DNA from: a virus
Lineage: Duplodnaviria > Caudoviricetes
Length of the DNA: 43,720 bases
Strand: one strand, 5' to 3'
Virus record (IMG/VR): IMGVR_UViG_3300020183_006509
Span: 1-43,720 of that record
Both the position numbers and the translations under genes were made by a program. Below are positions 25,364-35,383 of this stretch, piece after piece (the stretch's first letter is position 1; every line of letters starts with the position of its first letter). Under the pieces are notes generated by a model that saw only the letters and a program-made list of their open reading frames with translations, was not told the origin of the DNA and did not search any database.

Positions 25364-28300
25364 TTATACAAAGTTGATGAAACCACCAGATGCAATACCA
25401 CCAGTTTTAGTAACCGTGATTCTATTGATGAATTTCTGAATTCCTCGAGCAGGCTCTATGATGATATCAATAATACCCATATTCATGTCGATAACAGAAG
25501 GAGGATTGTTTGATGCGTCCATAATTACTTGATAGGCATAAATACCTCCACCTGCTCTCACTCCATCTAAATAGGTATCGACCAGAGTTTTGATTTCAAG
25601 ACGGATAGAATCCTCGTTGAAATCGAACAAATAGTTTGATAGTATTTCTTCCACGTCATTCTCCAGACTAATCAATAAATCTCTGACGTGAAGCAACCCA
25701 AAGGCGGAATTAACAGTCTGGTAAGCAGTTTGATTACCAAAGATAACTACACCAAAACCTCTTTTCTTAATAATAGGATTCAATCCAAAGGGTTCTAGCC
25801 ATCCGCGATCTTCGTTGGTGAAATCATATTCAACTCCGACGATATTACCTCCGGAAATCGTACCTCTTTTTTGACCTGCTATGATGTTGTAGGGTTCTCC
25901 GTTTGCGAATTTTCTTACGAAATTGTTAGAGACATAAGCAGCTGGTGGAACATTCGCGTTTCTGTTATTTTCCCTAACAGTAATATAAGGAGTGAAATAA
26001 CCAGCAAAAGAAGCTCCCAAATCTTGGGTAGGAAGGCTGAATGTGTAAGCTGGATTCAAAGATAAATTTCCACCCTCTGCAATGTATTGTGCTTCTAGGG
26101 GAGGGAACGGATCTACAGCTGTTGGAGCATTAGTAAATCTTGGATCCGTGCTGGCTCTAAACTGAGCCATAGAAGGAGCATTGATAAATGCCAAAGCCTT
26201 CTGTCTCATCATAGCAAGCTTTGAAAGTTGGTATTTAGAATTCGGTTGAATCGTTCCGCTGAAAGTATCTACGATATAACGGAATGAAATAACGTCCTTA
26301 GTAGCCAAGGTTGCAGCCAAATTTGTGTCATACAAAACGTTTAAAATTTCATCCACTCTCAAATCTGTTCCATTAGGTCTTTGAGCATCTCTCATTGTGT
26401 AACCACCCAAATAAATGAAATCGAATGATCTGGTGAATTGGGGAATTGATTTAAACTTTTGAACTTGAATTGGGGATCCAGAATAAAAGAAAATAGGCCT
26501 AGCGCAAACAACTCTAACAACTCCAGAAGTAGTGGTTCGTGCCACTGCGGTTACTTTAGTCAATCTAGATTGTCTGTTGGCTCCTACGGTTTCACACAAT
26601 TCTAGGTCAGTGGAAACTAAATAATCTCCCACGGAAATTATTTTATTGTTAATCTGATCAGGAACGAACGTAAAACTGTTTGGACCAGTTGTGCCCAATA
26701 CATCTAAGAATTGGTTGATAGATGCAACACTCGAAACAATGTCCGTCTGGTTTGACCCAACGGGGAATCCGATATTATCAGAGGCATAAACATCTCCAAA
26801 AGGTGGATAGGCAACCAGATCAGATGGGCTTTGTCTAGCAATATTATTAAAAGCTCTGACAAAAGAAACATTAAATTGGTCTCTGTCGACCGTATTCTGT
26901 GTGTCCAGATATAAAATGTCTGTTCCGTCTTCGTCCAGCCAAACTGTGTCCCCGTCTTCTATTTCTCGGTATAAAATATTTTGATATAATCTGGTAGAAA
27001 TTTGACCAGTTAGAGCATTAGAACTAGCTGTCCCACCTGTTATTGAAGCAACATTAACAATGTCTAAATAATCGGAAGCACCGAATTGTTGATAATATCC
27101 AGCAACTACACTAGAAGTACTTTCGGTAAATGAAGTTGGTCTTACTTCAATTCCCTGTGAAGCATAAACTGGTGAATCCAAAGGATGAGTAAATGTAATG
27201 GTCAAATTTCCGGCAATTTCTCTAACACCGGAGATTTTTAGTTTTACTAAATCACCGGTTGTAAATTGATTTATGATATTTCCCGAAGCTCCCGCTGGAA
27301 TTGTAACTGTTCCAACAATGAATGGGCTGTATGAAGAAGTGGGGGTAACAAAATCCTTCAGCCTCAATTTTTCTGCAGAGGTAAGAGAAGGTTCAGTTAA
27401 GATATCTGCAGAAGCCGCTGCTCCCGTACCACCTCCACCCCCCGAGATGGATACTGATGGGTTGGACGTATATCCAGATCCACCATCTATTAAAACAATG
27501 CTAGATACAGCACCCGAGGTTAAGACCGCAGTGGCAGCAGCACCAGTTCCAGACCCGGAGAAAGATACCGTTGGTGCACTTATGTAACCAGAACCGCCGT
27601 TGGTAATATAAACATTTACAACTGCACCCCCAGTAACACCAGAATTGGTACGGAGATAATGAAGACCACCAAATGTTAAACTTGGGTTATAGGGTTCCAA
27701 TGCGGATGCGGGAACTCCAGCAGTGGGTCCGGTCGGACCGCCTAGATTGAACAAAGTTCCAACATTTAATTGGTTATAATCAACACCCGCTGTTCCTCCC
27801 GTTACCCCCGATGCTCCAGTTATTCCGATCGAATTTTGCGTATAAAGATAATCCTGAATCAACTGTTGATCGTAACTTAAAAAATTCAAAGTAGGATCTT
27901 GAAGGTCTCTATCTGAAGTGAGCTCATCGATCAAAAAGTTACCGACCAAATCTACTTTGAATCTATTCTGGCATAGATATTCCAATCCTTCTGCATCTAC
28001 TGCACAAAATAGTCCAGAGGAAGGAGTGTTGTTGTTAACCAGAGTTTCAATGAATTGATTGTTACCGTTTAGATCGACAAAATCAACAATCAAACACCCA
28101 GTTATTTGGGTGACGATGTTCACGTTTTGTTGGCTCAGAAAATTATTGATTTGACTTTTTATGAATCCATTTGGGGTGAAGAAAGCAGACCATTCTGGAT
28201 CTTTAGATAGAGCCTGGTAATCCGTCCAATCCCCCGAAACCGCAATAATATCAATAAACCAATCGGAAATGTAGTCATATGGGTGTACATAACTGGGTAC

Positions 28301-28900
28301 ATTATTTGCACCATACCAATCAATCGCGAATACGTCGTATCCCTGAAGAGGGGGTGTAGCATCAGTGGATTTTCTAACAATGACAGACATAGACTGTTGT
28401 CCTAAATTCACCAAATTGAAAATTCTTCCCTGATCCACCACAGACATTGTGGCGAGAAAATAATCGACATCGGCAAACCAAAATCTTTCTTTGTTGTAAA
28501 AAGACGAGTACAAACGGGAAGTTAGAACTCCATTGGGCTCATCGGTAGCAACAGAGAAACCAAAATAGTCTACTTTGTCTGCAGTTGGTGAATCAACATC
28601 GTTGTTGAGTCGAAGCAAATTCAAGGCAAAAACTGGTCCTGTTGAAAGACAGGTTAAAATTGATCTCTGAAAATACGATCCCTGTGATTCTAGATTTTTA
28701 TCAATGTCACCAAAAATTGCAACTGCAGTTGTGACGTCTGGGATATAAACCGGAGCATTGAAAGGACCCTTATTCGAAAAACCAACCACCAGACGAATTG
28801 TTTGGGAGGTTAGAATGATGTTTTCAGAGGCATCAAATTCCAACGTATAAACGCCGGAAGCTTTGAATTGTGATAAATCGAGTTTGATTTTCTTAGCCAT
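25364..28900 (-). CDS. gp18: Contractile tail sheath protein (gp18-like), enlarged to 1178 aa
   Basis: N-terminal SGVYTLEFD and VGFSNKGPFNAP; C-terminal VPPAAYV, AGQKRG, LNPII, IFGNQT, LHVRDLL, FDFNE and DASNNPPSVID. Confidence 0.93.
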   Translation of the reverse strand: MAKKIKLDLSQFKASGVYTLEFDASENIILTSQTIRLVVGFSNKGPFNAPVYIPDVTTAVAIFGDIDKNLESQGSYFQRSILTCLSTGPVFALNLLRLNNDVDSPTADKVDYFGFSVATDEPNGVLTSRLYSSFYNKERFWFADVDYFLATMSVVDQGRIFNLVNLGQQSMSVIVRKSTDATPPLQGYDVFAIDWYGANNVPSYVHPYDYISDWFIDIIAVSGDWTDYQALSKDPEWSAFFTPNGFIKSQINNFLSQQNVNIVTQITGCLIVDFVDLNGNNQFIETLVNNNTPSSGLFCAVDAEGLEYLCQNRFKVDLVGNFLIDELTSDRDLQDPTLNFLSYDQQLIQDYLYTQNSIGITGASGVTGGTAGVDYNQLNVGTLFNLGGPTGPTAGVPASALEPYNPSLTFGGLHYLRTNSGVTGGAVVNVYITNGGSGYISAPTVSFSGSGTGAAATAVLTSGAVSSIVLIDGGSGYTSNPSVSISGGGGGTGAAASADILTEPSLTSAEKLRLKDFVTPTSSYSPFIVGTVTIPAGASGNIINQFTTGDLVKLKISGVREIAGNLTITFTHPLDSPVYASQGIEVRPTSFTESTSSVVAGYYQQFGASDYLDIVNVASITGGTASSNALTGQISTRLYQNILYREIEDGDTVWLDEDGTDILYLDTQNTVDRDQFNVSFVRAFNNIARQSPSDLVAYPPFGDVYASDNIGFPVGSNQTDIVSSVASINQFLDVLGTTGPNSFTFVPDQINNKIISVGDYLVSTDLELCETVGANRQSRLTKVTAVARTTTSGVVRVVCARPIFFYSGSPIQVQKFKSIPQFTRSFDFIYLGGYTMRDAQRPNGTDLRVDEILNVLYDTNLAATLATKDVISFRYIVDTFSGTIQPNSKYQLSKLAMMRQKALAFINAPSMAQFRASTDPRFTNAPTAVDPFPPLEAQYIAEGGNLSLNPAYTFSLPTQDLGASFAGYFTPYITVRENNRNANVPPAAYVSNNFVRKFANGEPYNIIAGQKRGTISGGNIVGVEYDFTNEDRGWLEPFGLNPIIKKRGFGVVIFGNQTAYQTVNSAFGLLHVRDLLISLENDVEEILSNYLFDFNEDSIRLEIKTLVDTYLDGVRAGGGIYAYQVIMDASNNPPSVIDMNMGIIDIIIEPARGIQKFINRITVTKTGGIASGGFINFV

Positions 28901-28927
28901 TATCGTTTTAAAGATATTTTTTCCTAG

Positions 28928-28986
28928 TATATATCAAAATGAATTACCACAAATGAGGATATTACTAGGGTTCCATCCTATATATC
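28928..28986 (-). promoter_or_regulatory. Two tandem late promoters GATATATA (28928-28935 and 28979-28986)
   Basis: Both lie in the 95-nt gap upstream of the sheath. The proximal one forms one arm of an imperfect inverted repeat (28923-28969). Confidence 0.7.
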
Positions 28987-28995
28987 TTTAATCAA

Positions 28996-30795
28996 TTATG
29001 ACATTAGCTTGCTAAATGAATCATAGAAGCTTCCTTCTTTAGTTTTTCCGTCGGTTTCCTTGTCATTTAATTTGGTTTCAATCAATTTTCTATAGTCCTC
29101 GTCCATTCGATCGTAGAGATCCCCAATCAAATCGTAGAAAGCTGTTGTTTCAAAAAGTGCAGACAAATTCACCAAAGTCATGGCGACATCGTCGTGTCCA
29201 GATTGTGATGAATATGTTCCGCTATTGTTTAATCCAAAAGAAAAAATTTCTGGAATTGTCCATGCTTTTTCGTTGATAATGACTCTGTTTTGTCTGAACG
29301 ATGCCCTCAACATTTCACAGTACTTCATTTTGTTTTTTTCGTTGTACTTGATGCCAGGTTTTGCAGTTCGTGCAGACTCCGTGTGTTTGGTGTGTAAAAA
29401 CATATCCAGAGAAATCTCATCGTTGGAAATCAATTTGTCTAATAGGAGCTCCCCTCTAAAATTCATTTCGAGTAAAACAGTCAATCTTTCTTTATTGAAT
29501 ATATTTAAAATCAAGGCCTCAATCATTTTTTTAATATCTTCAATTTGAATACCATTGTCTCTGAAAACCCCAACCTGGAGTAAACTAAAAAAATCACCTT
29601 CGTCCTTGAAATCATCTATGCTTTCAATTAATTTTTTGGGTAAAGGAACAACTCTAAAAATATTGATAACCGTAAAATCTCCTCTGCCCCCTCCTGCAAG
29701 ATCGACAGATAAAACAAAATTTTTATCATCTAAAGATGCCGAATCTAAAGAAAATTTTGGATGCCATCTAAAATTTTCATAGAAAATTCCTAGATCACTT
29801 AGAACATCTATTTCTCTCCACTCATATTCAGATTCATTTGATTTTATTTTCTTCAGCTCATTCGATCCGAGCAACAAGGAGGTTGAACTTAGAAATTGGT
29901 TTCCGTATTCCTGATTGAAAAGCTCTTCGCTGCCAAGATTGGCGATTTCCTGTTTTTTCCATTCTTCGTCTCTACCTGGAACTTGCCACCAATCAACTCG
30001 AACAGGATTGAATGAATTTTCTCCTGTCAGTGCTCCTTGATAAATGTCATAAAATTTATTCATTCCATTTGGGGTAGAAGTAATGATAATCCTCGAGACC
30101 TTAGATGATGAAACAGTGGGATAAGAAGAGCGGAAGAAAGACTCAATAAAATTCGGATGAATGTGTGCAAACTCATCCATGTACAAAAAGTGAATTGTAA
30201 AACCAATCGCGGTTGTTTTCGTTGTGGTTTTGGCTATAGCCCTACATCCGTTATCGAATTTCATGGACATAACGTTGTTCACAATCATACCTGGCTTCAA
30301 AAACCAAGGCAAACCTTTCACAATAGCCTTGATTTTATCCATGAGTTCTTCGGCAGTTGATCCAACGTTAGCCAAAATCATTGCGTTTTTATCGTGATTG
30401 AAAAGCAAATACCACACCAAAATAATTGATGAAGTGATGGATTTTCCAACTTGACGGGGTGCAAGAAAAATATTAAAACGATTATTTTGATATTCTCTCA
30501 ATACAGATTCTTGGTAATCTCGTAATGTGATGTATTGGAGACCATCATCGGTCATAACCTGACAGTACTGGGCAAAGTGTACCACATCTAAGGCACATTT
30601 TTGCATTTCTTGTAATTCCTCTGGTGTATACTCCCAAAGCAAATTTGATCTTTTTAAAGAAGGGTCACCTTCGTGAAATGGATTATCAACAGATTTGTAA
30701 TCTAAACCTTCATCCTCAACCTTCCTCATAAGGTCGTCTACCCTTTTGGTAGACCAATAATTGGAATCTAGGGGGTCATCTTCATGTTTGCTCAT
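28996..30795 (-). CDS. gp17: Terminase large subunit (T4 gp17-like)
   Basis: Q-motif LRDYQ, Walker A APRQVGKS, Walker B FLYMDEFAH, ITSTPNG, and nuclease motifs SVDLAGG..GDF and GHDDVAM. Confidence 0.95.
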   Translation of the reverse strand: MSKHEDDPLDSNYWSTKRVDDLMRKVEDEGLDYKSVDNPFHEGDPSLKRSNLLWEYTPEELQEMQKCALDVVHFAQYCQVMTDDGLQYITLRDYQESVLREYQNNRFNIFLAPRQVGKSITSSIILVWYLLFNHDKNAMILANVGSTAEELMDKIKAIVKGLPWFLKPGMIVNNVMSMKFDNGCRAIAKTTTKTTAIGFTIHFLYMDEFAHIHPNFIESFFRSSYPTVSSSKVSRIIITSTPNGMNKFYDIYQGALTGENSFNPVRVDWWQVPGRDEEWKKQEIANLGSEELFNQEYGNQFLSSTSLLLGSNELKKIKSNESEYEWREIDVLSDLGIFYENFRWHPKFSLDSASLDDKNFVLSVDLAGGGRGDFTVINIFRVVPLPKKLIESIDDFKDEGDFFSLLQVGVFRDNGIQIEDIKKMIEALILNIFNKERLTVLLEMNFRGELLLDKLISNDEISLDMFLHTKHTESARTAKPGIKYNEKNKMKYCEMLRASFRQNRVIINEKAWTIPEIFSFGLNNSGTYSSQSGHDDVAMTLVNLSALFETTAFYDLIGDLYDRMDEDYRKLIETKLNDKETDGKTKEGSFYDSFSKLMS

Positions 30796-31577
30796 TGGAA
30801 TAAATCATCGTCGATTTCGAAAGTTCCTTCGCTTTCGGGACTTATATTTTTAGAGGCATCTTGACTTGCTTTTTGTCTGGCATTAACCACCGCATTTTCA
30901 TTCACTTCTTCGACTTTCACATCCTGAATTTCAGCACCCAAAATGTCTCTGAGTCCTTCCATTAGACTTTTAGTTCCTCTAACCTTCAATGCAGAGTTTA
31001 TTCCTTGGGCAGGTGGAGGGGGACTGGGAGAAAAAGAAGTATCCGAACCTTGATTTTGTTGCATGGGAACATAACCCGATGAAGCTTTCATCTCCAATTC
31101 TTTTCTTATATTCTTGTAGCTGGCTTCCGTCTTTTCGAGATAGGTCTGGTGATCCTTGGACATTTGCATAATTTGTCCCTGTAATTGTGCAAGAACCTCG
31201 AACATTCGAGCAGAAGCACTTCCTAAATCAATTTCTTCTACCAATTTTGTGATGGCGTGTTGTGCAGTTTTTATTTGAAGCATCATCGATCCAACGTTCA
31301 TGGCATCTATTTTCTTCTTGTATTCAAGGAATTCTGATTCATCAATTAGATTTTGATCCACATAAAATTTAACCAATGACTCTAGCAGATCCCTAGAGTC
31401 TGTACCGGTAGACTGGATTTGAACCTGAAAATCCATAACCTCTGTAGTTTTCATACGGGGAAGGTTGTCTACAGTCAACGATTCAATTTCCAAATTTTCT
31501 TCCATTAGAATGGAATCTAAATTTGCCTTGATTCTCTCCTGGACAACCTTCTCTGGCTTTGGTTTACGTCTTGGCAT
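30792..31577 (-). CDS. Helical protein, candidate terminase small subunit
   Basis: ATGA-coupled upstream of TerL; ARMFEVLAQL resembles the gp16 PR.xEVxxxL motif. Confidence 0.5.
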   Translation of the reverse strand: MPRRKPKPEKVVQERIKANLDSILMEENLEIESLTVDNLPRMKTTEVMDFQVQIQSTGTDSRDLLESLVKFYVDQNLIDESEFLEYKKKIDAMNVGSMMLQIKTAQHAITKLVEEIDLGSASARMFEVLAQLQGQIMQMSKDHQTYLEKTEASYKNIRKELEMKASSGYVPMQQNQGSDTSFSPSPPPPAQGINSALKVRGTKSLMEGLRDILGAEIQDVKVEEVNENAVVNARQKASQDASKNISPESEGTFEIDDDLFQ

Positions 31578-31588
31578 AACTCATTTTT

Positions 31589-34138
31589 TTAACCCTTTCT
31601 GGGAATTTTAGGAATTGCCAAAGTTGGTTTGGCGTTGTCGATTATGTGAGCCAGTTGTGCATCCCTCACGATGTTTTGGTTCAACACAATCGATTGTTTG
31701 TTTATATCTATCATCGATTTGAAAATTCGAATATTGGAAAGCAAAACGGGCGAAGTATATATCCTATAGGCATTGTTGTCTGTTCCATATAGGGGGTTGG
31801 CTGGATTAGTAACAATATCTTTAGGTAAGTCGAAAGTATATGTTTGGGACAAAGTTCTAAAATCTTCATGGACCGGGATTAGATTAGAAGATTGTTCCTG
31901 TGGGTTATTCACATCGTAACTCATCTTCCACATATTGACACCCATCTGGTGATATTTATTAGAAATATTTACAACCAATCCATACCATTCCCCTATTTCT
32001 GGTATGAATTGTAGCTTCGAATTGAAAACAAAATCATTCAAATTTATTTGAATGCTGCCCTCCTGAAGAAAATTCGTGTTGTTGTATTCTTGTGAACCAG
32101 AATAAATTAAATCTACTCTAAGACCTTGTGGTCCATCATTTGGGTCCAAATAATCTCCTGCAATCAAATTTCTAGCCTGTGCTTTTTGCATCTTAAGGGT
32201 AGGGGTATCTAATGAAAAAGGTAAATTAGGATTGACGACGGAAAATTTGAATTGGTCAATCACAGAAGCCACCTGAAATCCACCGGAGTGATTTAAATCT
32301 GATTTTATTGCAACATATCCATCTGGATTTTCAGCATAGCCAAGCCACGGAGAAAGTCCATGTTTATAAGGAGTAGTGTTGTAAACAATTCTTGTTGGGG
32401 TTACCGTTTCCTGAGCCATCGGGACAGGGGGATAAGGTTTTTTAGTTAGAGAATTTTCGTTTACATAATTTTTAATTGAAAACCAGCATGTAAAAGCTAT
32501 TTCTCCATCAGAATCTAATTTAGGGGTAGTTAAATATCTCACCCCATTTCTATATTTATTCGGTTCAAATACAAATTCTGGATTAGATTGGAAAGCATCA
32601 TATAAATCATAATAATTGTTAAACACAATAGTCCAGTTGTTGTTCAAATCGTAACTTACAATGGGAAGTTTTTCGTACACGTACGATCGGGTGGGGTCGT
32701 TCCCTCGGTCGATCGTGGTCGTTTCGTATTGCTGGGGTTTGGTGATTAATTCCTCCTGAGCCTCGGTTTCCGCACCAAACAATTTTTGAGAATTTAAAGC
32801 TATTCCGTCTAGTTCTTCTTTGTAGGCAGGATCTCTGAAGTAAGTGTTAGATTTCGGATTATATTTTTTCAATTCAATTTTGAAATAAATCGGGGAATAC
32901 ATGAAGTCTCTGAACAAATAGGTAGAATTGATTTCATAAATTCTATTGGTGAGAGGAAAATAAAGGATATCCCTTTTACGGGGTTGTGAACCACGACCAA
33001 AAAGACTTTCAAAATATACCTTGTCAATGTGTATTTCGAATGGCTCTTCGAAAGAAATGCCAAACGGGTCATAGTTGGGTTTATTGTCAGGAAATTGGTT
33101 TTGCGGAACCAGCACTTTAACGCATCTTTCTTCCACCACGTCATACAAAGTCCATTCTTTGAGTACCACGTCTTTTGATCTGGACTGAGGTTGAACAGAA
33201 TAGTAATTGGTTTCAAATCCAAACATTTTGTTGACAATCAAACTTAGATCCTTGTAAAGATTGATTGCCTTATTGATGTTATAAGGATTGAATGTGAAAG
33301 GTCCACACTCGTTAAATACCACAGGGCGATTTGATTGTTCAGGAGAACATTGAGGAACTGGGTTTCTAATAACTAAATTATCAGGGCCAGTCGGCACATT
33401 AGCATCATAAGTTAAATTCAAATCGAAATTAACAATGACTACATTTGGACTGATTGGTTCTTCTGATTGATAGGCTATACTCCCGTCCGGATTTACGACA
33501 ACGGACGTGAATCTAAACTCGGGGTAAAATGGCTTGCTTGGATCCAATTGTATCGTAAACACTTCTGCTCCTTCACCTGACTCATAAGAATTTTGTAATC
33601 CCGTTGTTGCAAACCCCATATTTACCCAAAGAGACCAAGTTTCACCATCGACGGAATATCTAAAATCAATTGCAATACCATTGGAGACATTTGCGTTCGA
33701 TACGGAATTTAAATTCACACTATATCCCTCTAAAGATGAAGCTGAATCAATAATCCATCCATTGAAAGAACTAACATAATAAAAAGGTTGATCATAACTT
33801 AGAACTCTGTAGTTTCCTATATAGGTAAAATTCAGGGCAGAGTCTAACTGGGTCAACCTTTCAATTAGCCATTCCTGCGATTGACAAGGAGCATAATAAT
33901 ACGTTCCGTTTGAAGCCAAAACCGTATGATAACCATTGCAACCTATTTGAATTGCTCTGGCCAAAGCAGCACCGGTTGTTCCGTAAAGATTATCCGTGCT
34001 TGTCTCTTGAACCTTGGCAGTATTAGGTAAATCGTCCTGATATCTATATCTAGGATCCGATAAATTTCTCTGTTGACCATTCCCATTATATACGGGAAGT
34101 CCAGTAAAGATAGCTTTGTTAGGGGGAATGGCTGACAT
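31589..34138 (-). CDS. gp14: Neck protein (T4 gp14-like core) with N- and C-terminal accessory domains
   Basis: Central DPFGISFEEPFEIHI...PRKRDILYFPLTNRIYEI matches gp14 (KFG...P.EGDLIYFP....FEI). At 849 aa it is much longer than T4 gp14. Confidence 0.7.
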   Translation of the reverse strand: MSAIPPNKAIFTGLPVYNGNGQQRNLSDPRYRYQDDLPNTAKVQETSTDNLYGTTGAALARAIQIGCNGYHTVLASNGTYYYAPCQSQEWLIERLTQLDSALNFTYIGNYRVLSYDQPFYYVSSFNGWIIDSASSLEGYSVNLNSVSNANVSNGIAIDFRYSVDGETWSLWVNMGFATTGLQNSYESGEGAEVFTIQLDPSKPFYPEFRFTSVVVNPDGSIAYQSEEPISPNVVIVNFDLNLTYDANVPTGPDNLVIRNPVPQCSPEQSNRPVVFNECGPFTFNPYNINKAINLYKDLSLIVNKMFGFETNYYSVQPQSRSKDVVLKEWTLYDVVEERCVKVLVPQNQFPDNKPNYDPFGISFEEPFEIHIDKVYFESLFGRGSQPRKRDILYFPLTNRIYEINSTYLFRDFMYSPIYFKIELKKYNPKSNTYFRDPAYKEELDGIALNSQKLFGAETEAQEELITKPQQYETTTIDRGNDPTRSYVYEKLPIVSYDLNNNWTIVFNNYYDLYDAFQSNPEFVFEPNKYRNGVRYLTTPKLDSDGEIAFTCWFSIKNYVNENSLTKKPYPPVPMAQETVTPTRIVYNTTPYKHGLSPWLGYAENPDGYVAIKSDLNHSGGFQVASVIDQFKFSVVNPNLPFSLDTPTLKMQKAQARNLIAGDYLDPNDGPQGLRVDLIYSGSQEYNNTNFLQEGSIQINLNDFVFNSKLQFIPEIGEWYGLVVNISNKYHQMGVNMWKMSYDVNNPQEQSSNLIPVHEDFRTLSQTYTFDLPKDIVTNPANPLYGTDNNAYRIYTSPVLLSNIRIFKSMIDINKQSIVLNQNIVRDAQLAHIIDNAKPTLAIPKIPRKG
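31756..31763 (-). promoter_or_regulatory. Possible late promoter GATATATA for the terminase pair
   Basis: Within the 3' end of the neck gene, about 180 nt upstream of ATG 31577; could be a chance match. Confidence 0.35.
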
Positions 34139-34174
34139 GTAAGGCGATTACTTCGAAAAGGAGGGCTTTTCTTG

Positions 34175-34182
34175 TATATATC
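34175..34182 (-). promoter_or_regulatory. Putative late promoter GATATATA
   Basis: Intergenic, 37 nt upstream of the neck ATG 34138. Confidence 0.65.
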
Positions 34183-34201
34183 ACCAAATATCTAACAGAG
34201 G

Positions 34202-35383
34202 TTACAATTTCTGTTCGGACATTAAATTTTGGATTTTTGAAATTACCATATCGGGGGTGATTTGTGTTGTACACTCAAACATTCTTTCTGTGTTCTTGAG
34301 TCTAGGACACCAATTCCAATCTCCACGATCGAATTTGTGTCTAACGTCGTTGAAACACCCATGGCACACATCGAAATTAATTACTCTATAATTCAAATGA
34401 GAAAATTCACAATGGGGAGAAGAAAATCCAGAAATCATTACCACTGGTTTTCTCAAAGCCCAAGCCAGCCAAGATAAACCGGATCCAATACCGACGAAAA
34501 AATCTGCATGATATAAATCTATCATTCGGTCGGTCATGTCTATAGTTCCGGTTTTATCAACAACTCCATCCAAAGTATTTTGTTGGCTGTGAATCACCAC
34601 CACTTCATATCCAATTGATTCGAGATGATCAACCAAAGTTTGCCAACCTCCTGGATAGTGCCAATGTTTTGCATTTGCCGTGGACTCGGTGGCAATACAA
34701 ACATATTTTCCTTCAAACCTCGATTTAGTTGTCTCCAGCCATCCCGGAATTTGAGAAGGTAAAATATCCGAATTTACTTCGACACCAATTAAGTCACCTG
34801 CAACTTGTTGCAAAGAAATTGATCTCGGATCACGCCGGTGTATGTTCCTATCGTCTTCTTCATACCATCCTACCCCAAACACCACATTGGCAGCTGGATC
34901 CCTAAATCCAGGGGGTGAAAATTTAATTTGGGGGAAAAAGTGTGACATAATTTCATTCCAAAATGTTGTAACGATTAATTGTGCCTTGTATTTTTTTCTT
35001 AGTTGATCAATCACAGGTAACCATGCAATTGTGTCTCCTAATGAAGAAGAATCTATTGATATCAAAATTTTTCCCCCAAACAAAGTAGACTCGAAATCTA
35101 AAGACCAAACCTTATTTTCACGATCATAACCTTCCACTAACCAGGGGGTAAACCATCTTCGAAAAAGGGAGGTAAAATGACCAGGCTTCAAAGTACTTTC
35201 GTGGACACACTCCGAAGTGGTTGGATCAATGAATTTTATATTTCTTTCACTCTTTGGATCATTTCCCTTCAAATCTATTTTTGGAGAATAATCATAAGAA
35301 AATTGAAATTGGATTTGTTCAGGAACGTGTACGTTTTTATTTTTGTTGATATTTCTGTAAATTTCTATCCCACTTTTTTTCAT
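34202..35383 (-). CDS. Aah/TibC-family (autotransporter) protein O-heptosyltransferase
   Basis: SLGDTIAWLP, YVCIATESTANAKHW..PGGW, ADFFVGIGSGLSWLAWA..KPVVMISGFS.P..EF, and the iron-finger C-x2-C-x15-C-x11-C (VCHGCFND...WCPRLKNTERMFECT). Confidence 0.88.
   Translation of the reverse strand: MKKSGIEIYRNINKNKNVHVPEQIQFQFSYDYSPKIDLKGNDPKSERNIKFIDPTTSECVHESTLKPGHFTSLFRRWFTPWLVEGYDRENKVWSLDFESTLFGGKILISIDSSSLGDTIAWLPVIDQLRKKYKAQLIVTTFWNEIMSHFFPQIKFSPPGFRDPAANVVFGVGWYEEDDRNIHRRDPRSISLQQVAGDLIGVEVNSDILPSQIPGWLETTKSRFEGKYVCIATESTANAKHWHYPGGWQTLVDHLESIGYEVVVIHSQQNTLDGVVDKTGTIDMTDRMIDLYHADFFVGIGSGLSWLAWALRKPVVMISGFSSPHCEFSHLNYRVINFDVCHGCFNDVRHKFDRGDWNWCPRLKNTERMFECTTQITPDMVISKIQNLMSEQKL

Noticed and set aside
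28996-30795. Intein or intron in terminase, ligase or clamp loader
   Set aside because: Protein lengths are normal, motifs are contiguous, and no splicing or homing-endonuclease signatures were seen.
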